Part shown: positions 13,348 through 25,045 of the stretch, in pieces | Position numbering within the stretch: the first letter of the stretch is position 1 | Layout of the letters: every line of letters begins with the position of its first letter | Assembly (NCBI RefSeq): GCF_009834535.1 | Contig: NC_045696.1 | Location: 82,090,001 to 82,154,000, forward strand | Reading direction: 5' to 3' | Length of the DNA: 64,000 bases | From: Camelus ferus | Taxonomy: Eukaryota | Position numbers and translations under genes: made by a program | The notes under the pieces: model-generated | Database searches by the model: none | The model's input: the letters and a program-made list of their open reading frames with translations, nothing else | What the model was told of the DNA's origin: nothing

Positions 13348-15142
13348 TGTAGGAATGATAAATATTGCTCTCTTTCACCCAAAGGGATATTTTGAACAAG
13401 TGAGACATAGTAAGGAATACATTATACTGTGGAAGTATTTCAGATAGCATTAATGTTCTGCTGATGTATTTTTCCCAATTGTATGCAGTCTAGAAAAAGG
13501 GGGGAAAATCCATTAAATTGGCCTATAAGATAAGGACTAGTACACCAGTAATTTGATTCTCAGTATGCATATTAGTTATCTTTCATATCTCTTTGCACTG
13601 ATGAAGGCATAATATGATTATACCTTATGAACCAGTGCACAGCCTTTGCGGGCAAGGCGATAGTTTGTAGTGGCTAGTGGTTGGTCTTTGGGTTTTTCTA
13701 GTGTTGAACATGCTGTGCCGGGTCTAGCTAGAATGCACATTCCTTTTTCCTTGACTAAATCCTTGTATGCTTCCTACAAAGCACTTACCCAGCTGATCTC
13801 TCTTGGATAATCTGACCTCATTTAGTATGTACATGTTTTAGGGGGAAAAAATTTTAAGAAACCTTTCATTGAACAGTTAGTATTCTGTTAGAATTATGGC
13901 ACTAAAACAAAATTGTTGTGAGAGCCCTTTGAGCTTTATAGTCCTGGACATCAAAACTGTTTTAATCTTTTTTTTATCTTACCTTTACCATACAATGGAA
14001 GTGTTTCAGTAATGGAAGGAACATTCATAGATATGTGGCAGAAGTTCAGTAAGTGAGGAAGAGTCCATGGGTTTCAGTCATTGTCACTGCTCTTTTCAAA
14101 AAGATTGTGTTATGCTAGTAGAAAACTAAAGATGTCATTAAAGACATCACAGATATTTATCTTTTGGCTTTGTGTACATTAGAGAATGTTGATTATTTTT
14201 ATACAAAAATACAGCGGGTAATTTTTTTAACCTTTAGATGCCTCTTGTTTGAATGTATGCTTTGTGGGATTCTTTTGTGTAGTAATGTTTAAAAAGAAAA
14301 GATGTTTACTGATAGTTTTGTGTAGGATTAGAATATGTAACATAGTGTAAGGCTCATGTTCCAGACCTACAGTAGCTTGTAGTCTATGTCACATATTTCT
14401 TTATATCACATTTTTAATTATTGGATTAAAGTTTCAAGGAAAGGTAGGTACTCTACAGTCAGTTTTCATTTATTAGCAGTTAATCATTGTGACAGAGTTG
14501 TCATATGCTTGACTTTTCCATTTATCTTGCAATTTCAGAACACAAGTATAAGCTAAGCATTAGTAGGAGATGGTCCACAGTATGGGGGCTGAGGGACACA
14601 GAAAAATCCCCCCTGGAATTAAAACTTTATCGTAGGGAATCCACAAACAGTTCATACAAAACTGATTCTTTCAGGATTCACTCCCCTAGCAATAATGATT
14701 ACCTCCCATAATTATATTTTCTGTAGCCTTTAAGGTATTAACTTGGACCTGTGTTACAGGGTCTCTTGTTTACTCCCTCTTCTGCTGTCAGTCACTGTGT
14801 ACTTACTGAAAGCCCCTGTGCCTAGCACTGTGCTAAGTATCCAAGAAAGCTTACAAGAAGGGTTTCCATTTGAGAGCACCTTATAATCCTAAATCTTATA
14901 ATAGTCTGAAGAATAGTCCAGATCTTTGGTTGTCCCCTCTCAAAACATACCCAGAAAATACACTTGCTTTTTTCAAGAGTTATTTTATTTAGAAATGGCT
15001 CATTTACTTTTCACTAGTAGTTTTCCTGTTGATGTAGCTGTTTCCTTCTGGATGATTTAACCATCTGAATTTCAAATTTTCAGTTATATATAATGGATAG
15101 TATAATAAGACAGTAACACTGGGTGTCCACGTCTCTCTGACC

Positions 15143-15235
15143 TTTTTTTTTTTAAATGGAGGTACTGGGAATTGAACCCAGGACCTCATGCATGCTAAGC
15201 ATGTGCTCTACCACCGAGCAATTCACCCCGCCCCC
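15143..15235 (-). mobile_element. tRNA-derived camelid-type SINE (Vic-1-like) in the PHC3 3'UTR
   Basis: Reverse complement has an A-box 'gctcggtggtagagc', a B-box 'gggttcaattccc' and an A tail. Confidence 0.85.
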
Positions 15236-18200
15236 TAGCTTTAAGCACAGATTTAGCATGAATTAAGTTGGGAGAGTGCTATTATTTTTATTTTCCTTCA
15301 TATTATTAGTTGTTACAGGATTTTGATTGAGGAGAGGGAATGACAAGCAGAAAGAGGACATGGGAAGTTCTTTTTACTTTTGCTACTACCTAAGTTTGCA
15401 TTTCTGACTTCTTTATACTGATGCACTCTTTTCTCATCGAGGAAGAAAATCCCTACAAGTTTGAAATTTTATTTACTTTAAGTCATGTGTTCCTAAGAAA
15501 GTAAACAGAACAGTTGATTTGTAAAAGTTGTTTCTTAAATGACATGCATTTTCATCCAACCTCCGGTAGGCCTGTGTTTGATGCAGCTCTGCAGCTTTGA
15601 ATGTAATCAGTATGAGAGCGCTGTCCCCAAACCTGTCACTTTTTAAGTGGCTGGTAATTTCTCCATGATGGTACTTTTAATTTGCTGGGGCTTTTTTTTT
15701 AAGTCCCAGTTTAAGGGTCGTCTCCTCAGAGTAGAGAACATGGAATGGGAGGAAAGAAATATTAGTGAAGAAGCTTTAGAATAGGGGAGAGGGAGACAGG
15801 AGACCTGCCACTTTGTTAGTTTATCCCACTGCAACACTGAACAAATTTCTGCACTTTTGAAGTTAATATTCATGTTCTACCTAGTTTTAAATAGAAATTA
15901 TTTTTTTTGGTAGCCCACTTTTTTTTGTTTCCTGGTGTGTTGAAACACTTATGAAATAAGTATTGTTGTACCCATGCCTTTGAATAATTTTCAGCATAGC
16001 TAATCTTCCTATATCTAGTGTGATATTCTAGTCAGACATTTATTCAAATAACTAGTCTTATATTAAGATCTGGCCTAGTGCCCCATGTCACTGCCTTGTT
16101 CAGTTAAATGTTATAAAGCGCCATTTATGTTTGCAGGGTTTTGGTACCGCCATGGCACAAGTATGGTAGGGAGGCAAGGTACAGATTGTATAGTCTTAGG
16201 CTGCGTTTACATGTGTGTAAACCGTCTTGGAAAGAGTAAACGGTCACAGGTGTGTGTGAACGACGCTAGCCTCACAGCCATGTCAAGTGGGGGAAATCCC
16301 TGGCCGGACAAACTGTTAAAACATTTCAAAGGTGTATTTTTCAACCAGAACAGTCTGGTTATGTTTTGTGGTTTGAAGATCCTCACCCTTAGTGAATGGA
16401 AAGAATTCATGCTGCCTTTGTGCAACGGGCATTGAACATTATTGCCTGATAGCATGAAAGGGCTTCACTCCCCCCTACCTCTTCTAGACCCAAGGAAACT
16501 GAAAACTTCCTCCTTAGAGAGACCTTTGCCTGAAAATCCCTACAGAGGACTTTGTAGTGGGGATAATTTTAGGGACATAACTGTTGCAAAACTTTCTAAT
16601 ACCTAATAGCCATGTTTCCATGAACCCTCTGGGCAGTGGAAACTGGCCATTTATGTACAGTGTTGCTCAGTCTGTTTCCTGTGCACAACGTGAAACTATA
16701 ACTGGGCCTTCAGGAAGGTTTTCTAGAGGAAAGGACAGGGAAGTGAAGGAAGAGACAGGAGGAAAAGCATTCTAGACCCAAGAGGATAATATGGTTAACT
16801 GAGTGAGGCTGTGTAGTATAGATGTGGCCATCAGCAGTGCTAAACAGTAAACTGTAATGGTTGGCTCCCAGTTACAGCAGTAAACGGGGTATGTTTTTTC
16901 TAAATGTCAAGATTTACCTGTAATCAGACTCATTCGTTCACTCTCTTTATGAAGTGATCCTGCCCTTAGAAGCATATTAATAGCCCTAATGATATATAAA
17001 TTGGTGATTTTTGACTTCTGAAAAAGGTGACACCTATTACAGTTGGAGAATATTTATCAAAAACTCAATAATTGAGTTATCAGAATTATAGAGATAATCC
17101 CTTTTCAGATACTACAGTTGAATCAACCATGTGGACTGTTAACAAAGAAAGGCATTTTAAAAGATTTTTTTAGATAGTATTTTGTTGGGTTGTGTCTCAG
17201 TCTAAGAATTGGATGACTAAGAGCTGTGGAGTTGTTTCTTTGTGTGGATTTCAGTAAACACAAGCCTACCTCTATTTCTTTGATGCACAGTAGTGTGGAA
17301 CATGAAATGAACTATTTAATCTGCATTCCTCAAAATTGGTATTTTCTGAATCTAGAGCATTTGATTTCGTCTTAACAATTGTGATTCAATTAAATAAGCA
17401 CAAGTACAGTACTAGGGAAAATAAATATGCAATCTGACTAAAATTTAATTTCAACCTATTATAAGCTGTACATCTTTTAACAAATTCTTTGGGGAGGATA
17501 TTCCTCTTGTTAGAAGCATAAAATGTATCATTATATAGTTTCCCTCATAGCACTAATATAAGCCATTTCTTCAATAAAAAGTTGAAAATTATATTATCTT
17601 CTTTGGGAAAAATTTCCTAAATTTTTAAGAATTTTAAAGTTTTACGTATTATTTTTCAGAGCTTATTTACTCTATTTTAAAATAATACTACGGGAAAGCT
17701 TTTTTTGAAAGTTGTAAAGCACTAATACAGATATAATTATTACCATCATACTCCGAAGCAAAACATCTGGCTTTTTCTGACTTTCACTTTAGTGCACATA
17801 TATGGAAAGGGAGACCTGCCCTCCTTTTCAGATCTGAAGCCCAACTTTTCTTATGAAAACTCTCCCCTTCAACTCTTAACACAGGCACACACATCTCTTA
17901 AGCGCCATGTTTATGGAAGCTTTTGGGAAATGTTTTCTACAAATGTTTCATTTTTTTCCCTTTTTATAACTTGTGAACATTTAATTTTACTTAAAGATGA
18001 CAATTTCAACCTCCAACATTAGAGAAGAGGTACATTCAAAAAGTATTTTTTTCTACTGCCTTTGAAAAGTACAGTTGCTCTCAGTGATACTGGTGGCATC
18101 AGTATGAATCCACAGAAAGAAAACCTGTGTAAAGGTTTTTAAGTGTATTGTTTAAAAGAAGTAATGATTAAAGAAAGTAATGAGTGAATTTTAATTTGGA

Positions 18201-21200
18201 AAAAGGAAATCAATATAAATTTTAAACACTCTTATGTCAACATGGTATAGTTTTAAATGTGAGAGTAACGAAGTAAGTCCTTTTAGACCACCTACTTAAA
18301 TTGACTCCAGTAATCTTAAGCATTGATAGTAGCCATCGTTTATTGACTTAAAGGTTGTACTTCAGGGACTGTTATCAGTGTTAAATCCTTGATTTTGTGG
18401 AGCTTTAATGATGGAGATGAAAAAGTTGGTGTTTATAAGACTGTGGTGGGGAATGGTAGTGAAATGAACATCAACCTATTTTAGAAAGAAGGAACTTTTT
18501 TAGTCTTGCCTCAAGCAAACCAAGTGTCCTTTGCTTAAAATCTTTGTTTAGAATGCTTATGTTAAAGTCATAATTTTGTTTTAGGTAATACTAAATAACC
18601 TACTTCAATAATAAATAATAGATGAATATAATCATTAAGTTAACATGGTAAATGAAGGTAAAACACCGGCTGGGGGAACGAGGGTTTTACCTCCCGTTGG
18701 TAAGTTAGCTGTGGTGACGCCTCAAGTGGCTACTTCGCTTGTGGCTCGTCTCCTCTTCTGATCATACAGAATGGAGCCGGTACTGCACACAGTGTGGATT
18801 TTGTTTAAATCATTTTTAAGCTATATAAAGCTATGATTCTAGGCCACATAATGGCATACTTTTTAGTTTCTCCTACTTAATTCCCTTTTATCTTAGTTCT
18901 CTTAATTTCCTTTTTTAATGGTTCATTTCACACTTACAAGCTTTTGCTAAAAGGTGATTATTGAACATTCATTTCCTGGTTCACCCCAGTCCTTTGTTCT
19001 CCTAAGGATTAAGGTAGAAAATTCATACAGGTGAGCAGATGAGGACATTTTTCTAAGTGCTTCTTGTTAAACCACTGAACATATGAACACATCTGAACAT
19101 TGTCATTCATGCATTTATCCATTCATTTAGGAAACCATTTGAACACTTACTATGCAGTGTGTGGTATACCTGACTTAATGAACTAGTAATAAGTAAACAA
19201 TATCACCCCCGCCCCATTTTTTATTGTGACGTAAACAAACATGTAAATAATTATTACTTAATGTACTGAATGTAAAGTTGGAACTGAGAGGGAATTTTTA
19301 TGCACTGGGTGAAAGATTAGGCTACATGACATGTAGGGGGTCTGAGTGAATCATTACAGTTCTCACAGCATGCTTCACATAATCGATTAACCATATACCT
19401 GATTAGGTTACAGAATTAAAAGTACCTCACATTAGGATTTACATTTTGAAACTGTTGTGACAGCCCATATTGCTCAGAATTATTTTGACACTTGACTCTG
19501 TTCCAGAGGTGTTGCTATGCAGGGTGTGACAGAACAAAACAAAGAAGCTGGTGCTGACTCACTGTACACTTTGAACTACGAAAGCTTTACACCCAGTATT
19601 GACAGTGCAGTAACTTTTTGAAAACTTCAAGTCTCAAAGGAGCTCACTGAACAGGTTTGGTTTTTATTGTTTTGTTTCTTTTCAAAGCAAGAAAGATTAC
19701 ATAAAATTTTAGTAGTATTACAAATAATACACTTTTTAGAAAGCACACACGTTTTATATAGTTAAAGGGTTTCCTTTAACATGCAGAACTGGTAAACAAA
19801 ATAGTTCCATGCTTGGAGCTTGAAACTGACAAGTTTTGGGGAGTAAACAGAACGGGAGAATTGATTGGGTAGAAGCTCCCTGGCTGCCCAGGGATTCTAT
19901 GAATTACACTGTAATTCCTATTGACACAACTTTATATATTAACATCCACTTGATACTAACATTCTCCATAAAGACAAAATGAAAATATATTAAAAAGATC
20001 TTTTATGCATCACAGTGACAGCTTTTTAAAGCAGGAAAGTGTTAGATTAGAATCTATAATAAACTGTAAAGAGAAACACTAACATACAAGTAACCAGATA
20101 GTCTGGGTTTAAACAAATTTTTCCATGGTACTGGCTAATACTTTTAAAATATTTTAATTTACCTAGTTTTTCAAATATTTTATGCTGTTAAAATATCTAT
20201 TACATACCTTTTGTATGTGTATTCTTAAAGTTTAAAAAATCAGTGGGAGTGTGCATAGATAGTATAATTTTGGACATCTAATATCCAACACATTTAACTA
20301 GATTCCCGTCTCATTCAAAAGCATGGTGTTTTTGTTATTCCCATAGGAAAAAAAAAAAAAAAAGCAAGCTCCAAAAACTATCCTCAGAGTAAGGGGTGAG
20401 TTTGTGAAGGTTGGAGTTGTGGACAGCAGTGTGCAGGATGGATACTCACACTGACGTCAGGCATTTCAGGCCTCTTTGTTGCATTAGTGCTTTTTGTCGT
20501 CTTGCGTTGAAAACTGTTTTTTTTTTTTGTTAACAAAAGCAAATTGTGATAAACTTTAAAAAAAAATTTAGTTTTGTTGCTTTAAGCAAATGTTAACTGG
20601 TTTTTTTTTTTTAATTCCTCCTTTTGGTTCCTCCCATTGTCCTAAATAGGACTTTCATATTATTAAAACCTCAAACACTGATCCACCCAGGATGAACAAA
20701 GCATCACCAAGGGGAAAGAAAACATTTTTTATCTTTACAAAAAACAAATGTTAAGATTATATATAGATGTATTCTTTATGTTGGATATTGTACTAGAGTC
20801 CTCCTTATGGGAAATGAGATAGTTTTAGCACTCTTAGCATTAGCATTACTAGATTGGTGTCTGTAGCTACCGTTTTAAAATGTATAACCTGAAAATGAAG
20901 TTAATTTTTGCATTATAAGAGCACACCATGATCTATGTAAAAAGATTGTCCATTTGGTGTATTTTTTTAAAAAAGAAAGCACTTTCATATTAACAAGTAG
21001 CATGTGTATGAATTTTAGATTTTCATATTTGTTGTGTCTGTATTCAGTGAAGTAAAATTGAACATTCAAATGTTTGTTGATGGCAACATTAACTGTTAAA
21101 GTAAAGCACCTTATACTCTGCTGCTTAAACTTGCTTGTAATTGCACCTTTGTTACCTGCACATTTTCACATAGAATATTGTTGTAACATTGCTTCATGTG

Positions 21201-21299
21201 GGTCTGGATGGAAGGTTAGTGGGCCTACAGGATCATTTATTTATATTGTTTATATTGCAATAATATATTGTAGACCAGTTGTAAGTTCATTTCTTTACA

Positions 21300-21305
21300 A
21301 ATAAA
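21300..21305 (+). terminator. PHC3: PHC3 distal polyadenylation signal AATAAA
   Basis: AATAAA with upstream TGTA motifs and a downstream U-rich tract (21337-21352). Confidence 0.75.
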
Positions 21306-21625
21306 AGCCTCTTCCATTTGGCTGGTCTATTGAATAATTTCTTTTTTTCTTTACGAGGCATGGGGAATCTAACTAAACAAACAGCTTAAGGAAGGGCTTG
21401 AAATAAATTTTCTGGATTTAAAATCTTGCAGAGTATAAGTCTTTACTAATTAAGTAAAATATATTTTTAATCCCTGAGTTCCATGTGTGGCCAATTAGAA
21501 AGCAATACATTCAGAAGGAAAGTAACACAGAGAAGTACAGCAGGCTTGGACTTTGACAAATTAAACATCTATGTAGTTTAACTCAGTGATTTCAGATGAT
21601 TCTGTCATTCATACTGCTTCACTCC

Positions 21626-21934
21626 AGCTGTTCTCAACCGAGGACAATTTTGCCCACCAAGGGAAATACGGGAATTTCTGGAAACTTTTTTTTTTTTTTT
21701 TTTAGATGAGAATTGAATACAGGACCTCATGCATGCTAAGCATGCACTCTACCACTGAGCTGTACCCTCCCCTGGAAACATTTTGATTGTAATGACTGGG
21801 GAAGGAAGTTCTACTGGCATCTAGTGGCCAGAGGGCAGAGATGCTGCTCAACATGCTACAACACACAGGGCAGCAGTCCCCACAGCAAAGTATTATCCAA
21901 CCTAAATGTCAGTAGTGCTCAGGATAAGAAACTG
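21626..21934 (+). mobile_element. MER20 interrupted by a SINE, between the two gene ends
   Basis: 'cagctgttctcaacc...tactggcatctagtgg...gatgctgctcaacat...aggataagaaactg'. Confidence 0.85.
21686..21771 (-). mobile_element. Camelid-type tRNA SINE nested in MER20
   Basis: Poly-T plus SINE body. TSD ctggaaac at 21678-21685 and 21772-21779. Confidence 0.88.
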
Positions 21935-22103
21935 TACGTTCACACTGTGATACGTTGCCTGTGTGATTATGTAAATATGTGCCAGGTGTGTTACAACTGG
22001 AAATGAATCTGGTATGTCATGGAAGAGACCTAGTCACTACTGAAAGGTAAGCAACAAAACTTTTCTTTTGGAATATTTGCATTAAGAACAGAAATATATA
22101 TTT

Positions 22104-22109
22104 TTTAAT
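22104..22109 (-). terminator. GPR160: Candidate GPR160 polyadenylation signal ATTAAA
   Basis: tttaat on the + strand, ~390 nt past the stop codon. A second ATTAAA lies at 22181-22186. No AATAAA seen nearby on the - strand. Confidence 0.5.
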
Positions 22110-22495
22110 TAGCTAAATTTAAATAGAACTAATCTTTCCCCTAATGTTAAAGAATATGATCCTGACTTTCTTGCCCTGAGTTTAATAAAAATGTTTAAGC
22201 TTGTATCTGAAATGTTGACAGTGAATCTCAGATTTACATAACAGTTTTTTGGATAACACAAACATCAGTATGGCCAACAGGTATAAAATTTTTTTGTTGG
22301 AAGTGTTTTGTTTAAAACCAACCAACCAACCTAATAAATATCATAGCCCCCAAATGACACACTGTGAAAACGTATGAAAGTTTGGGGGTGGGGCAGAGTA
22401 GGGAAGCTTAAGTTTAGTTCATTCTTTATATGTCCCAAGTCATCATTCTTTACCATTTGTAAAATTCTGCTTCTTATAGCTGTTAAGTTTTAGTA

Positions 22496-23524
22496 TTAAC
22501 ATGGCACCATATCAACAGTTATTGATATAGGCTTTTCAATTTGCTCAAGATTATGAATTGTAAGTGGAATGAAGCAGCATTTCCAGTTGACAAATGGATC
22601 TACAGGCAATGCCATGTCTCTAAAATTAAGTTTGTGACAATTAAACCAATAAACTGTAGCAATGAGGAAACTATTGACAAAGTACAACCACGGAATGTTC
22701 ATCTCGATGTATGCTGGAATCTGTACTTTAAATAAAAGGATAATTACCTGTAGTAGTACAAATGGTAACCAGGTACCAAGAAAACAGATAATGAACTTGG
22801 GCAAGAGTGTTTTTTTAGAGCTTATAGTATAACTTGGGTGGGATGAAAAGGGAAAATACAGGATAGTCTCATTCATGTAGGAAGTTATCCTAATAGCCTG
22901 TACCAAGGTAGTAACTTCTGACCAAGAGGTTATAAAAGCCATAAATAAAATTATCACCATGGAAAATGACAGCCAGTAACTCTGAATGCTAATGTAGAAA
23001 GGACATTGATAAGAATAAGCATTCTGTACCTTCAGGCTTTGGTAGATAGCTGGATCTCCTAAAACATAAGCAAAGACTGAAACCCAAATTAAAATAACTG
23101 TAAAGAAATAAAATAATTTTTGACACTTAAAGGGAAGCCTGGTGGTTTTAGAGAAATTCAGGTAATAATCTATAGAAGCTGTCAGGAAAACTGGATAATG
23201 CAGAAAGCCATAAGTAAAAGAAATAATTTGAGTAAATAGGCAGATGTGGTATTTAGTAAACCTAACACCTAAAAGCACAAAATCCCTGAAATAAGATATA
23301 ATGGAGATGTTTACCAAAAGTAAGATATCAATGAATGCTAGTGAAATGCAAAAATAGTCCATAAAATTTTGATGGGTGTTTTTTCTTCTCATTCCTAGTG
23401 TGAGGATATTTAATAATATTTTCCCAAGTATAATCACGAATAAAAGACAGTTACCATCAAGGAGATGATTTGTTTGATGTAGCTGGTACTGAAAAGAGCA
23501 GTTCTCTGAGGTAAGAGCAGTCAT
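22496..23524 (-). CDS. GPR160: G protein-coupled receptor 160 (orphan GPCR), single-exon CDS, 342 aa
   Basis: MTALTSENCSFQYQL...LGKILLNILTLGMRRKNT...IPAYIEMNIPWLYFVNSFLIA...DPFVNWKCCFIPL matches recalled GPR160. Multiple hydrophobic segments; tail-to-tail with PHC3 as in other mammals. Confidence 0.97.
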   Translation of the reverse strand: MTALTSENCSFQYQLHQTNHLLDGNCLLFVIILGKILLNILTLGMRRKNTHQNFMDYFCISLAFIDILLLVNISIISYFRDFVLLGVRFTKYHICLFTQIISFTYGFLHYPVFLTASIDYYLNFSKTTRLPFKCQKLFYFFTVILIWVSVFAYVLGDPAIYQSLKVQNAYSYQCPFYISIQSYWLSFSMVIILFMAFITSWSEVTTLVQAIRITSYMNETILYFPFSSHPSYTISSKKTLLPKFIICFLGTWLPFVLLQVIILLFKVQIPAYIEMNIPWLYFVNSFLIATVYWFNCHKLNFRDMALPVDPFVNWKCCFIPLTIHNLEQIEKPISITVDMVPC

Positions 23525-23599
23525 TTTTTTTTTTTTTTTTAGTTAAATTTCAAAGGCCTGCTGCTATAATAAAATAATGCTTCGCCTTATTTTCCATCC
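23525..23599 (-). other. GPR160: 5'UTR part of the GPR160 coding exon, containing a 15-codon uORF (23550-23597)
   Basis: Acceptor 'tctttttacttttctttgcag|GG' on the - strand. uORF reads MENKAKHYFIIAAGL*. Confidence 0.85.
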
Positions 23600-24522
23600 C
23601 TGCAAAGAAAAGTAAAAAGAAAATCTTGATGTTACCTTGATGCTATCACTATTTTAAAACTTTACAAAGCAAGCACCTTTAGTCTCGAAAATCTAATTTA
23701 ATCCAATCATTTCCCCAAATAATTAAATAGTAACTTATATTTCTCATAGTACTTATAATGATCAAAAAGAAATAACTGTGTTTACTTTGGTCATTCTTTG
23801 AGACCCAGGTGGTCCAGAACTCTCAGATCTATAACCAACTGTTAGATATAAATTAATAACTTCTACATAAGTATAGGTTTTAATAACTTATTTTTTTAAA
23901 AAGTAGAAAAACACTTTATCTACCAGAGTCAAAAATACAGGCTTCAAATAGTAGCTTGATAGTAATTGTTGACTCACTCTGACTCCAGATAACATTACCC
24001 ATTTTTCTCTTTTTGTCAGTGAAATTCAGATAATGCTTATGAAGCTCCTTTAGCAATTTTCAAAGGTTTTTAACCGCAGGATTAACATTCGGATCAAATC
24101 TCAAGCTCAAAGATATAAAACAGATGGTTCAGCTGAAAATAATGAGAATATTGGTAAGGGAAAGAGAGAAAGATTAACCTTCTTGATCAGATCTTTCAGG
24201 TATGGCACCTGGAGAGACAAAAGAACAGCAGGAAGGAGCAGGGACACCTGAGAGCATTATGAAGCGCTCGGTAAGGGCAAAGGAACAGGAGCCGAGCTTG
24301 ATTTATAAATGCATTTGAAGCAGGAAAAAAAGTGAAAGAGAAAGGTCAGAAAAATCAGGAAAGGATGGGAAAAGGAAGGAAACTCAAGAAATTATCCTTA
24401 AAAAACAAAACAACACAGTTGACCCAAAGTTGTTTCTGCAAGACTCTTCAGTGTTTGTAACAGCAAAACAAAACCCAAACAAAACTACCCATGAATGTAG
24501 AGATGGGTTAAAAATGACACAC

Positions 24523-24598
24523 GGGGTGGGGGTAGGGCTCAGTGGTAGAGCGAATGCTTAGCCTCCCAGGTACCTCCATTAAAAAAAAAAAAAAAAAA
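24523..24598 (+). mobile_element. Internally deleted camelid-type SINE
   Basis: 'gctcagtggtagagcgaatgcttagc...gtacctccattaaaaaaa'; the B-box region is missing. Confidence 0.8.
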
Positions 24599-25045
24599 GA
24601 CAGTACATCCTTATGATGTACTATTTTGCAGCTATTAAAAGACTTAATTTTCACTCTACCTTTTCTATACTTGTTAAATGTTGTTATACTTTGTGAATTT
24701 GTTAAATGTTAAAAATAATCATGTAAATTTTCACAGTATGTTAAGTAAAATGTAGGTTAAAAACTTAAGCAGAAACATATTATTTTAAGACATACATGTA
24801 CAGAAAAAGATTCAAAAGGTATATACATCAGGTTATTAATATGGCAGTATTATAGGTCTTTCTGAATTTCTCAAACTCTAAGGAAAAAATTAAGAATCAA
24901 GTCTGAAAAGTAAAAAACTGAATTTGCCTAAAAGCAGATAACGGATGATTAATTTCAAGGAAGCGGTGAGGATACTGTCTGAGGATAAAGACAAGAAGTT
25001 GTGGGAGAGGGCTACTAGTTCTTTTGACAAAATGAACCCTAACTT

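Larger units (their letters stand above)
12473..21320 (+). other. PHC3: PHC3 long 3'UTR (~8.8 kb)
   Basis: AT/U-rich, transposon-poor stretch from the stop codon to AATAAA at 21300-21305. Mammalian PHC3 is known to have a very long 3'UTR. The exact end is inferred. Confidence 0.75.

Noticed and set aside
15143..15235. tRNA genes at the SINE positions
   Set aside because: A/B boxes are present, but the A tails, TSDs and lack of a complete cloverleaf mark them as SINEs.
16145..16169. Near-perfect Kozak (accgccATGG) in the PHC3 3'UTR
   Set aside because: It opens only MAQVW* and has no other support.
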